NCBI GenBank assembly: GCA_013265495.1
Contig: MU057887.1
Coordinates: 1,189,985 to 1,253,984, forward strand
DNA length: 64,000 bases
Direction: 5' to 3'
Source: Vicugna vicugna
Lineage: Eukaryota
Made by a program: the position numbers and the translations under genes. Below, in pieces: positions 62,241 to 64,000 of this stretch (its first letter is position 1; each line of letters opens with the position of its first letter). The notes beneath the pieces are model-generated. The model had not been told where the DNA came from, did no database searches, and saw only the letters and a list, made by a program, of their open reading frames with translations.

Positions 62241-62914
62241 TGAGGGGCCTCCCTGGGCCATACTGGGCGATGCCACAGGGCTGGCTGCCCCGGTACCATG
62301 GGGCCCTGGGGTGATTCTCACCCTGCCTCCCGGGCCCGTCTGATTGAAGATCGCATCCTCCCTGCTGCTCCAGCCCCAGTTGACTGCTGAATGAGGATGT
62401 AGTTGGCTCGGATTCCCAGTTTAGCATTCAAAGCAATTTATTTTGTTTTGTTAAATAAACTGGTTATTATTTTCATTCCAAAAATAATAGGACCATGATA
62501 CAGAAATATATGAGACAGAAGAGGGAAGGAAGCCCTCGCCCTTTGCTCCTGTCCTAACACACCCTGTGACCATCCGCCATGGTCTTCCAGGTGTGTCCCC
62601 TGCTTCTGTTGTTCCCACCACTGTCCCCTTGTGTGGGTGCATCCTGACTCTGAAGCCTGCCTCCAGGACCACCCTGTGTCTGCTTGGCCAGGGGAGATGC
62701 CCTGCAGAGCTAGGCGACCTGAGCTAATGGTACGGTGACAGAGGGTTCTGTCCCGGTCCTCCCGGTCAGTCAGTGCAGACGTCAGCGCGGGGGTGGAATG
62801 CCACCTTGGAGACTTCCTGCAGCTGGTTCATGGTCTCAGGTGAAATTGTCTTTGGCAGCTTATTGAACCAGTTTTTTGTATTTGTTTTTGTTTTTCGCTT
62901 GAATTAGAGAGTAA

Positions 62915-63259
<345 letters not shown>

Positions 63260-63452
63260 TAGGAGCCAGTTAGAAATCACATCATTGCGCTATTTCTTAG
63301 TCTCTCTCCTCTGCCCTAAAAATGTGGCTACTCTCCTGGCCCTGCCCTAAAACTAGTGAGACTACCATTGCTATTTTCCTAGGTCTTTAAACTAAACAGG
63401 CTTCACGTCTTCATTTGATCTTCATCCCATCCTATGAACTAGGTAGTACCAT

Positions 63453-63848
63453 TGTGTATCAGTCAGCATAGGCTAGTTTTTGCCACAGTAACAAACATCC
63501 TTTAGCTCTTTTTCTCCAAAGCTTGCTTCAGCAAAGGTTAATTTCTCACACATAATACATGCCCATCATAGGAGGCTGCACTTATGCCATTGTCTCCCTC
63601 CAGGATCCCGGCGGATGAAGCAGCTGCTCTCTGGACGCAACACACCAGCTGCTGAGAGGGAAAAAAAGAGCTCTGCTGAGGGACTCACGATGGCATTAGT
63701 GCTCAGAGTGAAGGGGGTACCCCTCAGCTCCCCAGTCATTGGCCAGAGCCAGTCACCCACCCACAGGAGGCCAGGAAGTGCAGCTCTGCTGTGTGCTGGG
63801 AGGAGAGAGGGCCTGGAATATCTATGAACAGCCCTAGGGTCCACCACA
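63453..63848. mobile_element. Old MLT1-type LTR between MIR-like fragments
   Basis: tgtatcagtcagcataggctag...cagtaacaaac...aaaggttaatttctcac...ccaccaca. Confidence 0.55.
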
Positions 63849-63919
63849 CCTGGTCACCTCCACTGCCTCTTAATCACAGGGTTGTTGTGAAGGTCAAATG
63901 GATTAACAGATGTAAGAGC

Positions 63920-64000
63920 TGCATTAGTCAGGGTTCTCCAGAGAAACAGAACCAGTGGGATATGTAGACCTGTGTCTGTATCCATGCTATTTGCATATAT
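63920..64000. mobile_element. MLT2-type LTR end (cut by the window edge)
   Basis: tgcattagtcagggttctccagagaaacagaaccagtggga. Confidence 0.65.

Overview
This is mammalian genomic DNA, very probably camelid, because it is dense in tRNA-Ala-derived Vic-1-type SINEs. The gene order is the conserved PPARA - CDPF1 - PKDREJ - TTC38 block. PPARA (+) has all six coding exons (468 aa) and a ~7.3 kb 3'UTR. CDPF1 (-) is complete (123 aa) and lies tail-to-tail with PPARA. PKDREJ (-) is intronless, with a 230-N assembly gap in its GC-rich 5' end. TTC38 (+) contributes exons 1-5, head-to-head with PKDREJ. The rest is SINE, L1, L2/MIR, solo LTR and DNA-transposon relics, several of them nested with visible target-site duplications (TSDs). 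I find no support for an entirely new biological system. The best leads are: loss of the stop codon of the PPARalpha-tr isoform, giving a long alternative-frame tail; inverted SINEs set up for a coding circRNA; an unexplained 87-bp duplication ahead of both zinc-finger exons; related solo LTRs pointing into CDPF1 and PKDREJ; and a SINE-donated polyA signal in the PPARA 3'UTR. Comparisons with human or mouse proteins and all repeat family names are from memory and need database confirmation.
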